Assembly: GCF_039654945.1 (NCBI RefSeq)
Contig: NW_027361924.1
Coordinates: 9,920,001-9,984,000 of the forward strand
DNA length: 64,000 nucleotides
Reading direction: 5' to 3'
DNA from: Dendrobates tinctorius
Taxonomy: Eukaryota
Shown here in pieces: positions 47,850 to 61,670 of the stretch (within the stretch, counting starts at the first letter, position 1; each line of letters opens with the position of its first letter). The notes beneath the pieces were generated by a model, which saw only the letters and a list, made by a program, of their open reading frames with translations, was not told where the DNA came from and searched no databases. The position numbers and the translations under genes were made by a program.

Positions 47850-49608
47850 ATTACAGAAGATCGACTCTCCACTCTACTCTTAAGATCACATCTCACTACC
47901 TGTGCATTTGACCCGATCCCATCCCACTTCATCCCAAACCTCACCACAGTCTTCATCCCAACCCTAACCAATCTCTTCAACCTATCACTAACAACTGGTG
48001 ATTTCCCCTCAAGCTTTAAACATGCCTCAATCACACCTATCCTAAAAAAAACCCTCTCTTGACCCATCCTCTGTATCTAGCTATCGCCCTATATCACTTC
48101 TCCCCTATGCCTCAAAACTACTGGAACAACACGTCCATCTTGAACTGTCCTTCCACCTCTTTTCTTGCTCCCTCCTTGACCGCTTACAATCTGGCTTCGG
48201 GCCACACCACTCCACTGTATCTTCCCTAACTAAGGTCACCAATGACCTAGTAACTGCCAAGGCCAAGCGACACTACAGACCCTCTCATCTCTTGGTATCA
48301 CAGACTTGGCCCTATCTTGGATCGCACCATACATAACAGACTGGACATTCAGCGTCTCCCACTCGCACACCACCTCCTCACCGCGCCCCCTATCCATTGG
48401 AGTCCCACAAGGTTCAGTCCTAGGGCCCCTGCTCTTCTCCATTTACACCTTCGGCCTCAGACAGCTCATAGAATCTCACGGCTTTCAGTATTACCTCTAT
48501 GCTGATGACACACAGATCTACATCTCTGGACCAGATATCACCTCCCTACTAACCTGAATCCCTCAATGTCTGTCCACTATTTCATCCTTCTTCTCCACTA
48601 GATTTATAAAACTTAATATGGCTAAAACAGAATTGATCATCTTTCCCCATCTCACGCGACCCCCCCAACAGATCTATCTATTAAAGTAAACGGCTGCCCA
48701 CTCTCTCCAGTCCCACAAGCTCGCTGCCTTGGGGTTATCCTTGACACTGATCTCTCTTTCAAACCACATATCCAAGCCCTTTCCACTTCCTGCCAACATC
48801 AACTCAAAAACATTTCACAGATCCGTACATTCCTAAACCCAGAATCTGCAAAAACCCTAATCCATGCCCTCATCATCTTCCACCTTGACTACTGCAACCT
48901 TCTGCTCTGTGGCCTCCCCTCTAACACTCTCGCACCCCTCCAATCTATTCTAAACTCTGCTGCCCGACTAATCCACCTGTCCCCCCCGCTATTCCCCGGC
49001 CTCTCCCCTCTGCCAATCATCCACCTGTCCCCCCTCTATTCCCCGGCCTCTCCCCTCTGTCAATCCCTGCACTGGCTCCCCATTACCCAAAGACTCCAGT
49101 TCAAAACCTTAACCATGACATACAAAGCCATCCACAACCTGAGTCCTCCATACATCTGTGACCTCGTCTCCCGGTACTTACCTGCACTCAACCTCCGATC
49201 CTCACAAGATCTCCTTCTCTACTCCCCTCTTATCAGCTCTTCCCACAATCGCATACAAGATTTCTCCAGCGCATCCCCCCTACCCTGCAACTCTCTACCA
49301 CAACATCTCAGACTCTCGCCTACCATGGAAACCTTCAAAAAGAACCTGAAGACCTACCTCTTCTGACAAGCCTACAACCTGCAGTAACCACCGATCCACC
49401 AAACCGCTGCACGACCAGCTCTACCCTCACTTACTATATTCTCACCCATACCTTGCAGATTGTGAGCCCTCGCGGGCAGGGTCCTCTCTCATCCTGTATC
49501 AGTCGTGACTTGTATTGTTTAATATTACTGTACTTTTATGTATTATGTATACCCCTCCTCACATGTAAAGCGCCATAGAATAAATGATGCTATTATAATA
49601 ATAATAAT
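47850..49608 (+). mobile_element. 5'-truncated L2 LINE with (AAT)n tail
   Basis: [40 protein letters not shown]; tail ataataataat; interrupts the Gmr1 integrase (VIERVA|MQDRIAAV). Confidence 0.93.
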
Positions 49609-49708
49609 ATGCAAGACCGGATTGCAGCGGTCATGCCTATCGTAAAGGAGCATTTGGTGAATGCTCAGGCAGCACGGGCCACGGTCCGTTCTTTTAAAGC
49701 AGGAGATC

Positions 49709-50118
49709 CACCTCCATGCTTAATTGTGCATATTGAAACAGCCACACTGCTAGTTCTCAGAGAGTCCAGTATTTCAGCTGGTGTTATATGTGGGTTTTTC
49801 TTTGCATTCTGAACAATTTTCCGGGCATTTGTCACAGGTCACAGGTGAGGATGTTACCTTTAGTAGCCATTCAAACCCATTTGTGTCGACTTCTGTGCAT
49901 GTTATCAGGCCAAAATCACCAGGGTATGTAAACTTTGGATGTTGTGGATTATCATTATGATTTAAAAAGAGAAAACAGAGTAGTTTGACAATAAATGGCT
50001 CCACCCAACCACTAACCATAAGTGGAGTAAGAGTTTTGGTGTTATCATTCATATTTTCTGAGAAAAGGCCAAGAAAGCAAAAATTCTGCCGGGGTATGTA
50101 AACTTTTGAACACAACTG
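49709..50118. mobile_element. Tc1 terminal fragment replacing the Gmr1 IN/RT junction
   Basis: Tc1 IR/DR-type repeats agggtatgtaaacttt and end aacacaactg|ta. Confidence 0.75.
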
Positions 50119-52899
50119 TAGTCTTGCCCTTTGAACTATATGGGGCATCAGCCATGTTCCAGACGTTGATGGACATAGTGCTGGAACCCCATCGGAAGTA
50201 TGCGTCAGCATACTTAGATGACATCATCACCTTTAGTACTGACCAACATACCCACTTGTCCCAGGTACAAGTGGTAGTAGATTCAAGCCGCAAGCTTGAT
50301 GGAGAATCCTAAGAAATGTGCGATAGGGCTCGAGGAAGCCCTGTACTTGAGTTATATGATCAACCATGGGGTTAAAAAAAAACAAACAAATAAAATCGAG
50401 GCCATTCAGAACTGGCCCTGACCTGCTACCACCAAACAGGTGAGAGCATTCCTTGGAATCGTCAGGTTTTACCGGAGGTTTGTACCTAATTTTTTGGGGA
50501 GCGCAACCCCCCCAACTGATCTCCTCAAGGGAAAGAAGTCGGCCATTGTTCGATGGAACTCCCAGGCGGAGGAAGCGTACCAAACCATGAAGGTGGCACT
50601 GTGCGGACATCCAGTCCTCATTAGCTTCATTGTGCAGATAGATGCCTCTAACGTGGGCCTAGGAGTGGTCCTGTCACAGGAGGTGAAAGGAGAGGAGCAT
50701 CTGGTCACCTACCTAAGTAGGAAACTCACCCCGGCCAAGAGAAATTATAGCGTAGTGGAGAAGGAGTGCCTGGCCATTAAGTGGGCCTTGGAGTCACTAT
50801 GCTATTATTTGTTCGGTTGACCGTTTCGCTTGGTGACAGATCATTCGCCCTTGGTCTGGATGAGGAATGCTTGGGTGACCCGATGGTTCCTGTCCTTGCA
50901 AAATTTGAATTTTACCATGGAACATCGAGAGGGCAAGTCACAGGGAAATGCGGATGCCCTGTCACAGGCCCCCTGTATGGTGACAAATGTTCAACCCCAT
51001 AAGTTTGAACATAGGGGGAGTACATCAGGCAGTGACCTGTGTTATATGCGAGGGTCACTATGTGTCCCCCAGGATGCGCACAGCAGCGTATTGAGGCCAT
51101 GGAAGTGCATTCCAGTCATAGGCATAGCTGTTTTTGCAATGCAAATTAAAAGTAAGTGTTGGTCTTGGGCAAGCTATTTGTCCAAGGTAGATTTAGGAAA
51201 ACCTGTCATGGGCTTTTATTTTTGAAACGGACTACAGGAAGGAAGTGGGTTGGTCCACTTCCTCCCCTGGCCTAGGTTTTCATTGTGGCCTATGGCCACA
51301 GGCTCTCTGTGAAAACCCCTGCAGCAGAGAGTTGGGTGTGTCAGTTATAGTTTTGCAAGAGTGCAGATCAGAAGGCTCTGGAGAGCTCATCCTGTGTGAA
51401 GCAACACAGAGTCAGCGGAGCCAACAGGCCTGGCAGCCCCCAGCGTACACAGCAGTGTAGTCGCTCACAGCAACCGGTCCCAGTTACAGACTGTCTTGTT
51501 TCCCGGCTACGATCTGGAGGATACCGTATGCTGCTTGTGTTGTGTGTTTTGGATATTAAACTATGTTTACTTTGAACTTTCCTGGGTTACTGCCTGTCTG
51601 TCACACTGCACACACCCCTTTGCACTACATTATCTACTTTTATGAAGTTTAATACTAGCAGTCACATTTAGATCCACCCAATGTCTGCCTGCAATCACCA
51701 ATAGGGGGAGCATTCAGAATTTTATCAAGCATTGTAGCATTGTAAATGAAAAACAAGGAGGGGGGTAATGATATCTGTATGCTGAGATCAAAGACGCTCA
51801 TGCTCATAGTCAGTGTTGGATGCGGATGCCAAGATCCCACCAATAACATTGATCATGGGGGCTCACTGTTCTGCTACATGCAAAAAATGTAGGGTTGGGT
51901 CTCTCATTCCTTCACTGTGGCCCACCAGGGGATTTCTCAGTCCTCCTAAAGACCAGTCCGAGCCTGCTTGTAGTCCTATGACCTGTCTCAATTACTGAGC
52001 TTGTAGCCAATGTGGTGACTTCAATTAGAATTTACAGCCCCTCTTATATTATCAGATAATAATATTATTAGATAGATAGATAGATAGATAGATATTACAC
52101 TGTGACATGATATTTGCATCAGTAAAAGTAGAGTTCTGGAAACAAAGCCCGTGTCGTAGCGGGAGAGATGATTAAAACCTCCTGTGACATAATCTAATGC
52201 AATGCAGGGAAATCAGCGATGAAATCTCCACCGACATTAATTAATTCACTAAAGATGAAAAACAAAGTGATAATGTCTTAACAAGCGATTCACACAGGAA
52301 TAATACCTGCTTCACCTGCGGGATCTCGGAGGAGCAATTACTGAGAATCTCTATTTCTGCTACCTGCTTTACCTTCTTGGTAAATGAATTGAACTATAGA
52401 AAAGTTTATTAGATAGTGGAGCAGACATGGTGGGTCTTAAATAAAAGAAAAGTTGTCGTATTATATGATTTAGACACTAAAATAAAATTACAAGTATCTG
52501 TATGTTGATAGGTGACAACTAACATATTAATCAAAAAGCCAGGTTCTGAGATGGTGGTCCCTGGGACCCCCTTTAAAGACTCATTTACAGGTCTGTTTGT
52601 TTAAAACTAAATCTTAGTGGTTACAATTCTTATTAGAGGCCCATGAACTTATTGGTTGCAGTCCACACTTGGAGCTGCCAGTACTTGAACATACTAGATC
52701 GGTCTTTAGAATACCACAGGAACAACTCCCTCCATGAGGTCACCATTAGCTCCATGGAGACCTCTGGGTTGAATTTGGTTCATCCAAACAGCCCAATAGT
52801 CCATTCCAGGCTAATGTCCCACATTAACCATCCAGGACCTAGCTATAGTCTATAGTGATAGCTCTCTCCAAATTGATCTCTTGAGGAATTCCAGATGAC

Positions 52900-53620
52900 C
52901 ATCTCTGCAGCCTCTCCTCAGGCCATGTGTCAGGCTCTCCTTCTTCCACATCAACAGTGCTGCTCTGATGGACAAGCTAACTCTAGCCTCAATGTCACCA
53001 ATGCTCCAGGCCTACTGGGCTCTAAGTCACCAATGCCGTTTGACACACAGGCCCACTTTGGCCTTGTTATCACCAACGTTCCTCCATTGGACAGGCCCAT
53101 TCTGGCTCCAAATCACCTATCCTCTAGTAATGGACAGGCCTACTGGGCTCTAAGTCACCAATGCTGTGTTGACGGACGCACTTTGGCCTTGTTATCACCA
53201 ACATTCCTCCATTGGACAGGCCCATTCTGGCTCCAATTCACCAATGCTCTAGTAATGGACAGGCCTACTCTGGGTCTAAGTCATTAATACTCCTTTGGTG
53301 AACAGACCTACTTACGCTCTACGTCACCAATGCTCTGATGATGGACAGGCCCACTTTTGCCTTGATATCACCAACGTTCCTCCAATGGACATGTCTACTC
53401 TGGCTCCAAGTCACCAACGCTCCAATAATGATCAGGCCCACTTGTTCCTTTATAATAATCCAACTTTTCTTTAAGGGACAGAACTACTCTGGCTCCTTTA
53501 TGAAACAATGTTCTGGTCATGGACTGGCCCACTTTCAGATTATCAACACTTTACTGATGGACTAGTCCTCTCTGGCCTTTATGTCACTAGTGTCCTCCAA
53601 TAGATAGGCTCACCCTGGCC
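52900..53620. repeat. Degenerate ~40-bp tandem array
   Basis: Recurring caccaa(t/c)g.tc...tggacaggcc.actctggc units. Confidence 0.8.
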
Positions 53621-55759
53621 TGCAGGTCACATACCTCCTCAGATGGAAAAATACCAGGTCTAACGCTCTGCAAGGCCAACTTGAAATCACATGCAACCAC
53701 TCCTTTTCCCAGTGACCAGTGTCTCAGTGTTTGATTTCTCTGCAGAGACACCACAGCTCCTATTTAAATCAATTGCGGTTCGCTTTCTCTTGGACTCTGC
53801 TATCCCTTTGCTACTTTGCTATGTGTTTGGTCACTGTTCCCTCCTCTCCGGCACTGATCCGGCTTCTACTCATTTTTCCTTCAATTCCCTCCACTGACCG
53901 GAAGCTATTCTATGGACACCACCCAGGAGCCCCCCACAATGAGGCCCAGATCTCTGTATAGATCCCATAGGGGAGCTCCTGGCTTGTGCAAAGTCAGTTT
54001 TTGGGTAACTTCTCAGTTATTGGACATCCTGACTCTCAGGACTCAGTTTCTTTCACATGAACCATACATGCACTGTGTTACTTCACACAGCCTCACACCA
54101 TGATTTCAGTCCCAATATCAATCTCTCACACACTTTAAACTATGGGATAATCAGGCCACACTTCACATTCCCTCACATTGACAGTATCTCTTTCTTCTCA
54201 CCTTCGTCTTGACGAGGTCCCCACTGTGCCACCCACCCCTCAGACATAGCACAACTGGGCCTTACCTAGGTCTAGTGGCCAACCAGTCCTCACTTTAGAT
54301 CTCTACTGGTTAACAGGGACATGGTTCTTCTTCAGGCCTGAAGAGGACCAAACTACAGCCCACCACGTCACACACCTTACAAGGCTGTCAAGTCTCACAA
54401 CCCCATCAGACAATCATCCATTAGACAACACTTAACTGAACAACAAAAGTGTGAATTTAGGCAAATGCCATCAAAGTGGATGTTCTTGAGATTCGGCTGA
54501 TCTCTGGGGTGGGGCTAAAAATCTCGACATTGGAAACTAAAAAGTTGGGAAGTATGTACACAGAACACTTGATGGCCTTTTGCTTATGGCCCAATATCTG
54601 ACCCGTTAAATAACACAAAGACATGTATACATGGTATATATTTAGGTCAGGAATCCCACTGGAGATAGTAATGACAATGACTGTTTTTCCTCCCCACAAT
54701 GTATAGCTATTGTGCATGCGTGACATCGCGTACTAGTGGTATAGTGGGGAACAGTCTTTTATAGTTTACCATCACTGATACTTTGTTGCAATGTATCAGC
54801 ACAGAAGAGAGACCTTTGTTCACCTCATGAAGGTCTGTCCAGACTAGATGTAATAGTAACTAGAAATGATGTAAATCGAATTCAAATGGAATTTCATGAA
54901 ATTCTCAGGCCATTCAAAAATCCAACAATTTGTCATTCCATTTGTTAGAAAAGAAGGAAAAAATGCCTTCTCACTCTTTACACGTTGCCGAAGATTGCAT
55001 CCGGCATGGAAAGCAGATGTGACTACACACGCAACCACAAAGGTTTCCCATCACTTCCAATCACAAAGGGGCTATCGTAGCCTGTATAAAAGCTGAGGCA
55101 GGGAATGCAGCAGATATTTTTGGGTGATTTTAGGATAGTGAGATGACATCAGAGCTCACAGCTAATTAATAGAAATAGGAAGAGAAAGACCCAAAACATT
55201 AGATAAATACTCAGAACAGTAATGTGCTATACAGCTGCAGCAGTGAAGAAGGTGAGAGTAGTAGTCTGCAAATAAAACACAGGTTCAATTGATAGAGGGA
55301 GAGAGGAATACCAATAGCAGTGCCAGACTGCCAGACTCTTTGTGAGTGATAAGTGATATAATGTTGCTGGCATCCATCCTACATTTAAATTACAACTACA
55401 CAATTTTGTTCTTCATTCTTAATACACTAGAAAGCAGCAGCAAGTCACAGAATAAAAAACTGAAATGAATGACAGTCAAAATTGGTATGTTTGCCACAAG
55501 TAACTGTAATGAGTTTTTGAATTCTCAAAAGTTATAGCATTGTGAAAAAAAAACATTCCAAGGCTAAGAATGTGGGAGTCGCTAGCAGCGGAAGCCCCAC
55601 CAGCACCACTGACATCAGGTGTACTACCAAACACAAGATATAATTGGCCACCTTTGCCAGCAGCAAACGTGTTAATGGGGAGGAAGTGGAATGTATGACA
55701 TATCACTTGTATAAGTAAAAGCATTTTTACGTTACCTCTGACAGTGACAATGTTAGTTA

Positions 55760-56188
55760 GACCATAGTCACACTACCGTATAACACAGCAGAGTGATGTG
55801 CGATAAAACATCACATAGCACTCTACCCAGTGTTATTCTGTGGGACAGCTCAGATCTGTGATTATTATCTCATGCCGATTTGGGATGAGAGAACAATCGC
55901 AGCATTCTGTGAGCGGCATTGAGATTCAGCTCAATCGCACCCATACAAGTCTGAGTGCAAGTGAAACATTGGACTGCACTCAGATGTCACCCCAGTGCAT
56001 TCCGATATATGCCATGGATGAGATGGAGAAGTTACTTTCTCCATCTTCTCCGCACCTGTTCTGCGATCATCTAATGTGAGACAATCACAGCCCAGTAGTA
56101 TAACACTCGGCTCTCGATCGCAGCAGAGCAGGAGCCAAGGGTCATTAGCATATCGCATTGGATGCCATACGCTGATGTGATTCCAGCC
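55760..56188. mobile_element. Harbinger-like MITE; a truncated paralog lies at ~32735-33044
   Basis: tagtcacacta ... gtgattccagcc|tta; internal sequence shared with 32735-33044. Confidence 0.6.
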
Positions 56189-56238
56189 TTAGAGTCAGTG
56201 TCCTGCATAAAACAGTCTTTCAGATTGCAGCTAACTAA

Positions 56239-59200
56239 GGCCCCTTTCACACGTCCAGATATTTCCGGTACCGGAAAAAACGATACCGGAGATATCCGTT
56301 TCCATGTGTCCATGTGTGTAATACGTGCGGCACATGGGTGGCAACTGTGTGCCACTCATGTGTCACATCAGTACCACACGGATGGCTGCCAGGGAAGAAG
56401 CGCCACTGTAAGCGCTGTTCCCGGCGGCAGGTGCTAAATGCTGCTTTCATCATTCTCCTCTGCTCTGACGGCGATCGGCGCGAGCAGAGTAGAATGAATG
56501 AATGAAAAACCCGATATGGGTGCCCCCTATGTTTTTGAACCAACCCTGGCAAACCTCACAGCTGGGGGCTGGTATTCTCAGGCTGGTAAGGGGCCATGGA
56601 TATGGCTCCCCCCAGCCTAAAAACAGCAGCCCGCAGCTGCCCAGAAAAGGTGCATCTATTAGATGAGCCAATTCTGGGGCTTTGCCTGGCTCTTCCCACT
56701 TGCCCTGTAGTGGTGGCAAGTGGGGTTAATCTTTGTGGGCTTAATGTCACCTTTCTATTGTAAGGTGACATCAAGCCCATGGCTTAGTAATGGAGAGGTG
56801 ACTGTCAATAAGACACCTATCCATTTCTAATCCTGTGGTTGTTAAGGGGTTAAATAAACACACAGCTAGAAAAAATTATTTTAATGAATTAAAACACCAC
56901 ACAGTTTTCCCATATTTATTGTACTCCTAATCCAAGCGATGCCCTCGATCTCCTGTAATAAACATAAAATAATAAACCAACAATATACCATACGTGCCCG
57001 TTGTTCTGTCTCACGCTATAATCCATATCTGGTGAATCTGGTGAATAATCAGTTTATAACCGTATCGGTGCTAAGATGTGACTGCCCTGGCTGCAAACTT
57101 CTGGTGAATGAATGAGAAGCTGCGGGTGCAGGCTCAGTAACTTCAGGACTGTGGGAGAATGCCAGTGATGAGGTCACAGCAGTTCAAGCTCTGTCACAGT
57201 GACCTCATCACTTGCATTCTCCCACGGTCCTGAGGTCACAGGAGTTCATGCCTGCAGTGAGCACAGACTCAGTGACGTCACCGCTAGTTACTGAGCCTGC
57301 GCCTGCAGCTTCTTACTCATTCACCAGTAGTTTACAACCGGGGCAGTAGCATCTTAGCACCGCTCCGGTTGTAAACTGTATATCCCCCAGATATGGATTA
57401 CGCCGTGGGACAGAACGACAGACAGGTATGGTATAATGTTGGTTTATTATTTTATGTTTATTACAGGAGATCGAGGGCGTCGCTTGGATTAGGAGTACAA
57501 TAAAGATGGGAAAACTGTGTGGTTTTATTTCATTAAAATAATTTTTTCTTGCTGTGTTTATTTAACCTTTTAACAACTATAGGATTAGTAATGGATAGGT
57601 GTCTTATAGACGCCTCTCCATTACTAAGCCATGGGCTTGATGTCACCTTACAATACAAATGTGACATTAACTCCACAAACATTTACCCCACTTGCCACTG
57701 CTTACAGGGCAAGTGGGAAGAGCCAGTCAAAGCTCCAGAATTGGCACTTCTAATAGATGCACCTTTTCTGGGCAGCTGGGGGCTGCTGTTTTTAGGCTTG
57801 AGGGGCCCATATCCATGGCCCCTTACCAGCCTGAGAATAGCAGCCCCCAGCTGTGAGGTTTTCCAGGTTGGTTCAAAAACATAGGGGGAACCCATATTGG
57901 GTTTTTCATTCATTCATTCTCCTCTGCTCGCACCGATTGAAGGCAGAGCTGGGGAGAATGATGAAAGCCGCATTCAGGACCTGCCGCCAGGGAACAGCGC
58001 TTACAGTAGCGCTTCTTCCCCAGCGGCCATCTGTGTGGTACTTGTCCAGCGTGGATCTGACAGATTTAAATGGATAAGTGAACTTTTTTTCCTTTGGCTA
58101 GGTGCCAAAGTGGGTTGATTGCCCCCGGTGGCCATTAGAATTATTACATGTGGTGTTTCATTCTAAGTTGCCCGGTGGTGGTGAGTGGTATCGCACCTTA
58201 GTTTTAGGGTTAATGTGCTCGCAATTACAAATCAGGTGTTAGGCTCTATAAAAGGGAGCCAGGTGTGTTCAATCACTGGTGGTGATATTGTGTTCGTCAT
58301 TCGGGAAGCAAGCCTGGGTGAGGAAGGAGCTGAACATGAGTCCTGTGCAGCCCAGCCAGAGGGGACGAGTGGCAGCTAGGTGGTTCAAGAAGGGCTGGCA
58401 TGACGTGATGGAGTCACAGTTTATTGTCAGCAGGAAGTGCTTGCATGGCTTGGTGGAGTGACGACAATGGAGAGAGTTGCACTCAGCATGCGGGACTTGG
58501 TTGCTGAGAGCTGGACTCAAGCATGCTTGACTTTTTGGGCAGGAGCTGAACTCATCTTTGGGACTCTGTTAATGGACTGCGGCAACTGGTGGTGGACTCT
58601 GCTCCAAGGCTGCACTATGGTGAAGGATCCAGTTATGGTGATGGATCCGGGTGGAGGAGAAGATGCACGCAGGTGGTGGGCTCTGTTGCTAGGAGCGTAC
58701 GCAACAGAGCAAAGCTAAGTGGTGTTTCCCCTGTATTGTCATTTTCCCTCATGTGTGTTTAGTGCAGTGGTGGGATTAGTTTCCGCACCGACCAATTCCC
58801 TAGTGAGGGTTTAGGGTCAGGGCGAGCTAGGGTTTCTAGGTTCATGTTGGCCGCCCGGTGCGAAACTGGCATAGGGAATGTTAGGAGTGCAGGGACACTG
58901 GCTCAGGGGAGCTCAGGAGGTCTCCACTTCCCTATTCCCTATCGCAGGACCCACCATTGTTAATGTTTCCCAGGTTTCCCTTATTGTTTAAATTCGCCTT
59001 ACTGGAGGTGGGGTTTCCAGACTTGTATATACGTGTAATGTCTAAATTCGCCAGTTGGAGGCGGTATATCCAGCTGCACGTGTTTATTATTTAAATTCGC
59101 CCCACTGGAGGCGGTGTATCCAGGGTCACGTGTGTCATATGGGTTCGCCTTGCGGTACTGGCTGCGTCCAGACACACGTGACCGTGACAGTACTGATGCG

Positions 59201-59301
59201 GCACATGAGCTGCACAAGGTTGCCACACGTGTGCCGCACGTATTACACACACGGACACGGATATCTCCAGTACCGGAAATATCTGGATGTGTAAAAGGGC
59301 C
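56239..59301. mobile_element. Long fold-back Harbinger-like MITE (~1.9 kb plus a nested solo LTR)
   Basis: TIR ggcccctttcacacgtccagatatttccggtac / gtaccggaaatatctggatgtgtaaaagggcc; TAA TSD; ~0.9-kb inverted arms centred near 57200; empty site at 33092. Confidence 0.9.
58043..59189. mobile_element. Solo LTR (1147 bp)
   Basis: tgtcc...tgaca termini; perfect 5-bp TSD GTACT; the MITE arm resumes after it. Confidence 0.88.
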
Positions 59302-59646
59302 TAAGAGGGATAAGTTTTGACCCTTTTTTTTATTTAGCCCCTTAACGACGAGCTGTTTTTGATTTTGCATTTTCATCTTTTGCTCCCCTTCTTCCCAGAG
59401 CCATAATTTTTTCATTTTTTGGTCAAAATGGCTACATGAGGGCTTGTTTTTTGTGGGATGAGTTGTACTTTTGAACAACAGCATTGGTCTTAACATGTCC
59501 TGTACTCAAAAATGGGAAAAAAAATCCAAGTCCTGTGAAATTACAAAAAAAAGTGCAATCCCACAGTTTTTTTTTTTTTATCATGTTCACTAAATGCTAA
59601 AACTGTCCTGTCATTATGATTCTCCAGGCCATTACGAGTTCATAGA

Positions 59647-60013
59647 GTAAAGACTTATTGTGGTCCAATACATACAATGCATGACAAGCGGTGGATACCG
59701 CATCTATCATCCTGAGCACCTAACTAGGACTGGATGGTATGCCTCATATACCTGGCATTATCTTAAGCCAGAGTGCCTATAGATACTGGACTGCTTTCTC
59801 TTGCGGGGTGATCCCCACAATTTCTCAAAATATACATTTTTAGTACATTGAGGAAGGTCTATATGACCGAAACGTTTGTTTATTGTATGTATTGGAACAC
59901 ATTAAATCTTTACACTTCAACATCTGGTGTGTGCCAGGTTTACTACACAAGTTGGTACAGTTTGGGAACCTACTTGAGCACCATCTTTCAGTTGTGCTAA
60001 CACTTCTTCTGCT
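59647..60013 (+). mobile_element. Short Penelope-like/retrozyme-like insert with a minimal hammerhead motif
   Basis: Flanked by a 16-bp duplication attacgagttc(a/g)taga; contains aca-ttgagga-aggtc-tatat-gacc-gaaac-gtt-tgt. Confidence 0.65.
59845..59879 (+). ncRNA. Putative minimal type I hammerhead ribozyme (C3U variant)
   Basis: Core UUGAGGA...GAAA, stem II ggtc/gacc, palindromic stem III AACGTT, short stem I aca/tgt. Confidence 0.5.
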
Positions 60014-61409
60014 ATTACGAGTTCGTAGACACCAAACATGTCTAGGTTCTTTTCTATTTAAGTGGTGAAAAAAAATTCCAAAGTTTATTAAAAAAACATT
60101 GCGTCATTTTCCGATACCCATAGCGTCTCCACTTTTCGTGATTTCAGGTTGGATGAGGGCTTATTTCTTGAATGCCGAGATGACATTTCTAATTATATCA
60201 TTTTGGTGCAGATATGATCTTTTGATCAAAAAACATAATTCTGGGGATTTTAATTTTTTTCTCATTACGCCGTTTAGCAAAGGCGTTAATTCTTTTTTTT
60301 ATATTGATAGATCAGGCGATTCTAAATGTGGCGATACCAAATATGTGTATGTTTGATTTTTTTTATTGTTTATTTTGAATGCGGCGAAATGGGGGTGATT
60401 TGAACTTTTATTTTTTTTTTTTTTAATATTTTTTAAAAAATTTTTTTTTACTTTTTGCATGTTTGAATAGTCTCCATGGGAAACTAGAAACTGCACTTGT
60501 CCGATCGGCTCTGCTACATACAGGCGATAATCAGATCGCCTGTATGTAGCAGAATTGCTGACTTGCTATAAACACCGACCACCAGGCGGTGCTCATAGCA
60601 ATCCAACAGTGACAAACATAGACTTCTGGTTGTCATGCCACGATCACGTGACAAGGTCACCGATGGGCGGGATTTCCAACGTGCTTGCCAGAAGAGTGAG
60701 TTAAATGCCGCTGTCAGAGTTTGACAACGGTATTTAACGGATTAACAGCCGCTGGTGGATCGCAATTCCATCCGTGGCTGTTAGAGGCACATGTCAAAAC
60801 AGATGACATGCCAGGAAAGATGTGGGCTCACCGCCGAAGCCCATATCTAAGGGAGGGAGTCCGACATCAGCATAAATTTATGCCCAGTGTCGGAAAAGGG
60901 TTAAAAAACACTAACTCAAGAGCTATATATTGAAATTAGCAATCTAAAAAGTCAATCATGACCTCAAATAATAAGACAAACTAAAAACTCAATTTCTAGT
61001 TTCACGTAACTATCCCAGGTCATGTGACATGACTTGTTAAAGGTTTAAAGGCTTTTTGCATTTTTAGGTTCCCAGGCAAATTCCAATTTGAAAAGATTTG
61101 ATCATCTCTTATCGCAACAAATCCTCCGCTGTGAGAAGAATGTCAGGATTTCAACCTCAGAGAGTAAATAAGAATTTACAGATTTACTAACAGCGAGCAG
61201 ACATAGTGAAGAATATACACAGCGTCTCTTAGAAGGTGATAGATCTGTTAGATATTCAAAAATATCAATCTTTATGGACAAATAAACCCCCTTCTCCACT
61301 TTGTGTAGCTTTTCATTGGTGTGACACCGCCACCTTGTGGTATAATGGGGGATAGCCTGTGTTAAAGCTCCCGCTCTCCGATATATTACTGCTCAGTGAT
61401 TATTATGTG

Positions 61410-61670
61410 ATAATTAAGAGAAGACACAAGTCCATCCAGGACAACCAACCCCATAATGTGGATTCAGCAGGAGGCAAAAAACCTCATGAAGAAGATGCAA
61501 ATTCACTGATACTAAAGGAAAATACTTACTTTTGTGTTTAATGTTAATTCTCCTCTGTGCTGTTAAACTTACAACATTTAGTATCTTATGAAAATATTAA
61601 AAATGTCTTCAGCATGTCACCAACCAGATCACTTATATATTACAAAGAGGGTCCAATACTGACCCCTGAG
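61410..61670 (-). mobile_element. Deleted CR1 fragment, paralog of 33770-34045
   Basis: Closely similar to 33770-34030; runs directly into the satellite. Confidence 0.75.

Larger units (their letters stand above)
43979..51629 (+). mobile_element. Fragmented Gmr1-like LTR retrotransposon (PR-IN-RT-RH order)
   Basis: Partial 5' LTR 43979-44099 matches the 3' LTR ~51021-51629. Protease end at 44296-44460; IN HHCC and LTDQGTPF/HPQTDGLVERFN at 44731-45400; RT YLDDII at ~50210; RH at 50630-50970. Confidence 0.85.
59338..60900. mobile_element. Non-autonomous piggyBac-like element
   Basis: ttag|ccccttaacgac ... gtcggaaaaggg|ttaa; empty TTAA site in the paralogous sequence at ~33126. Confidence 0.85.
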
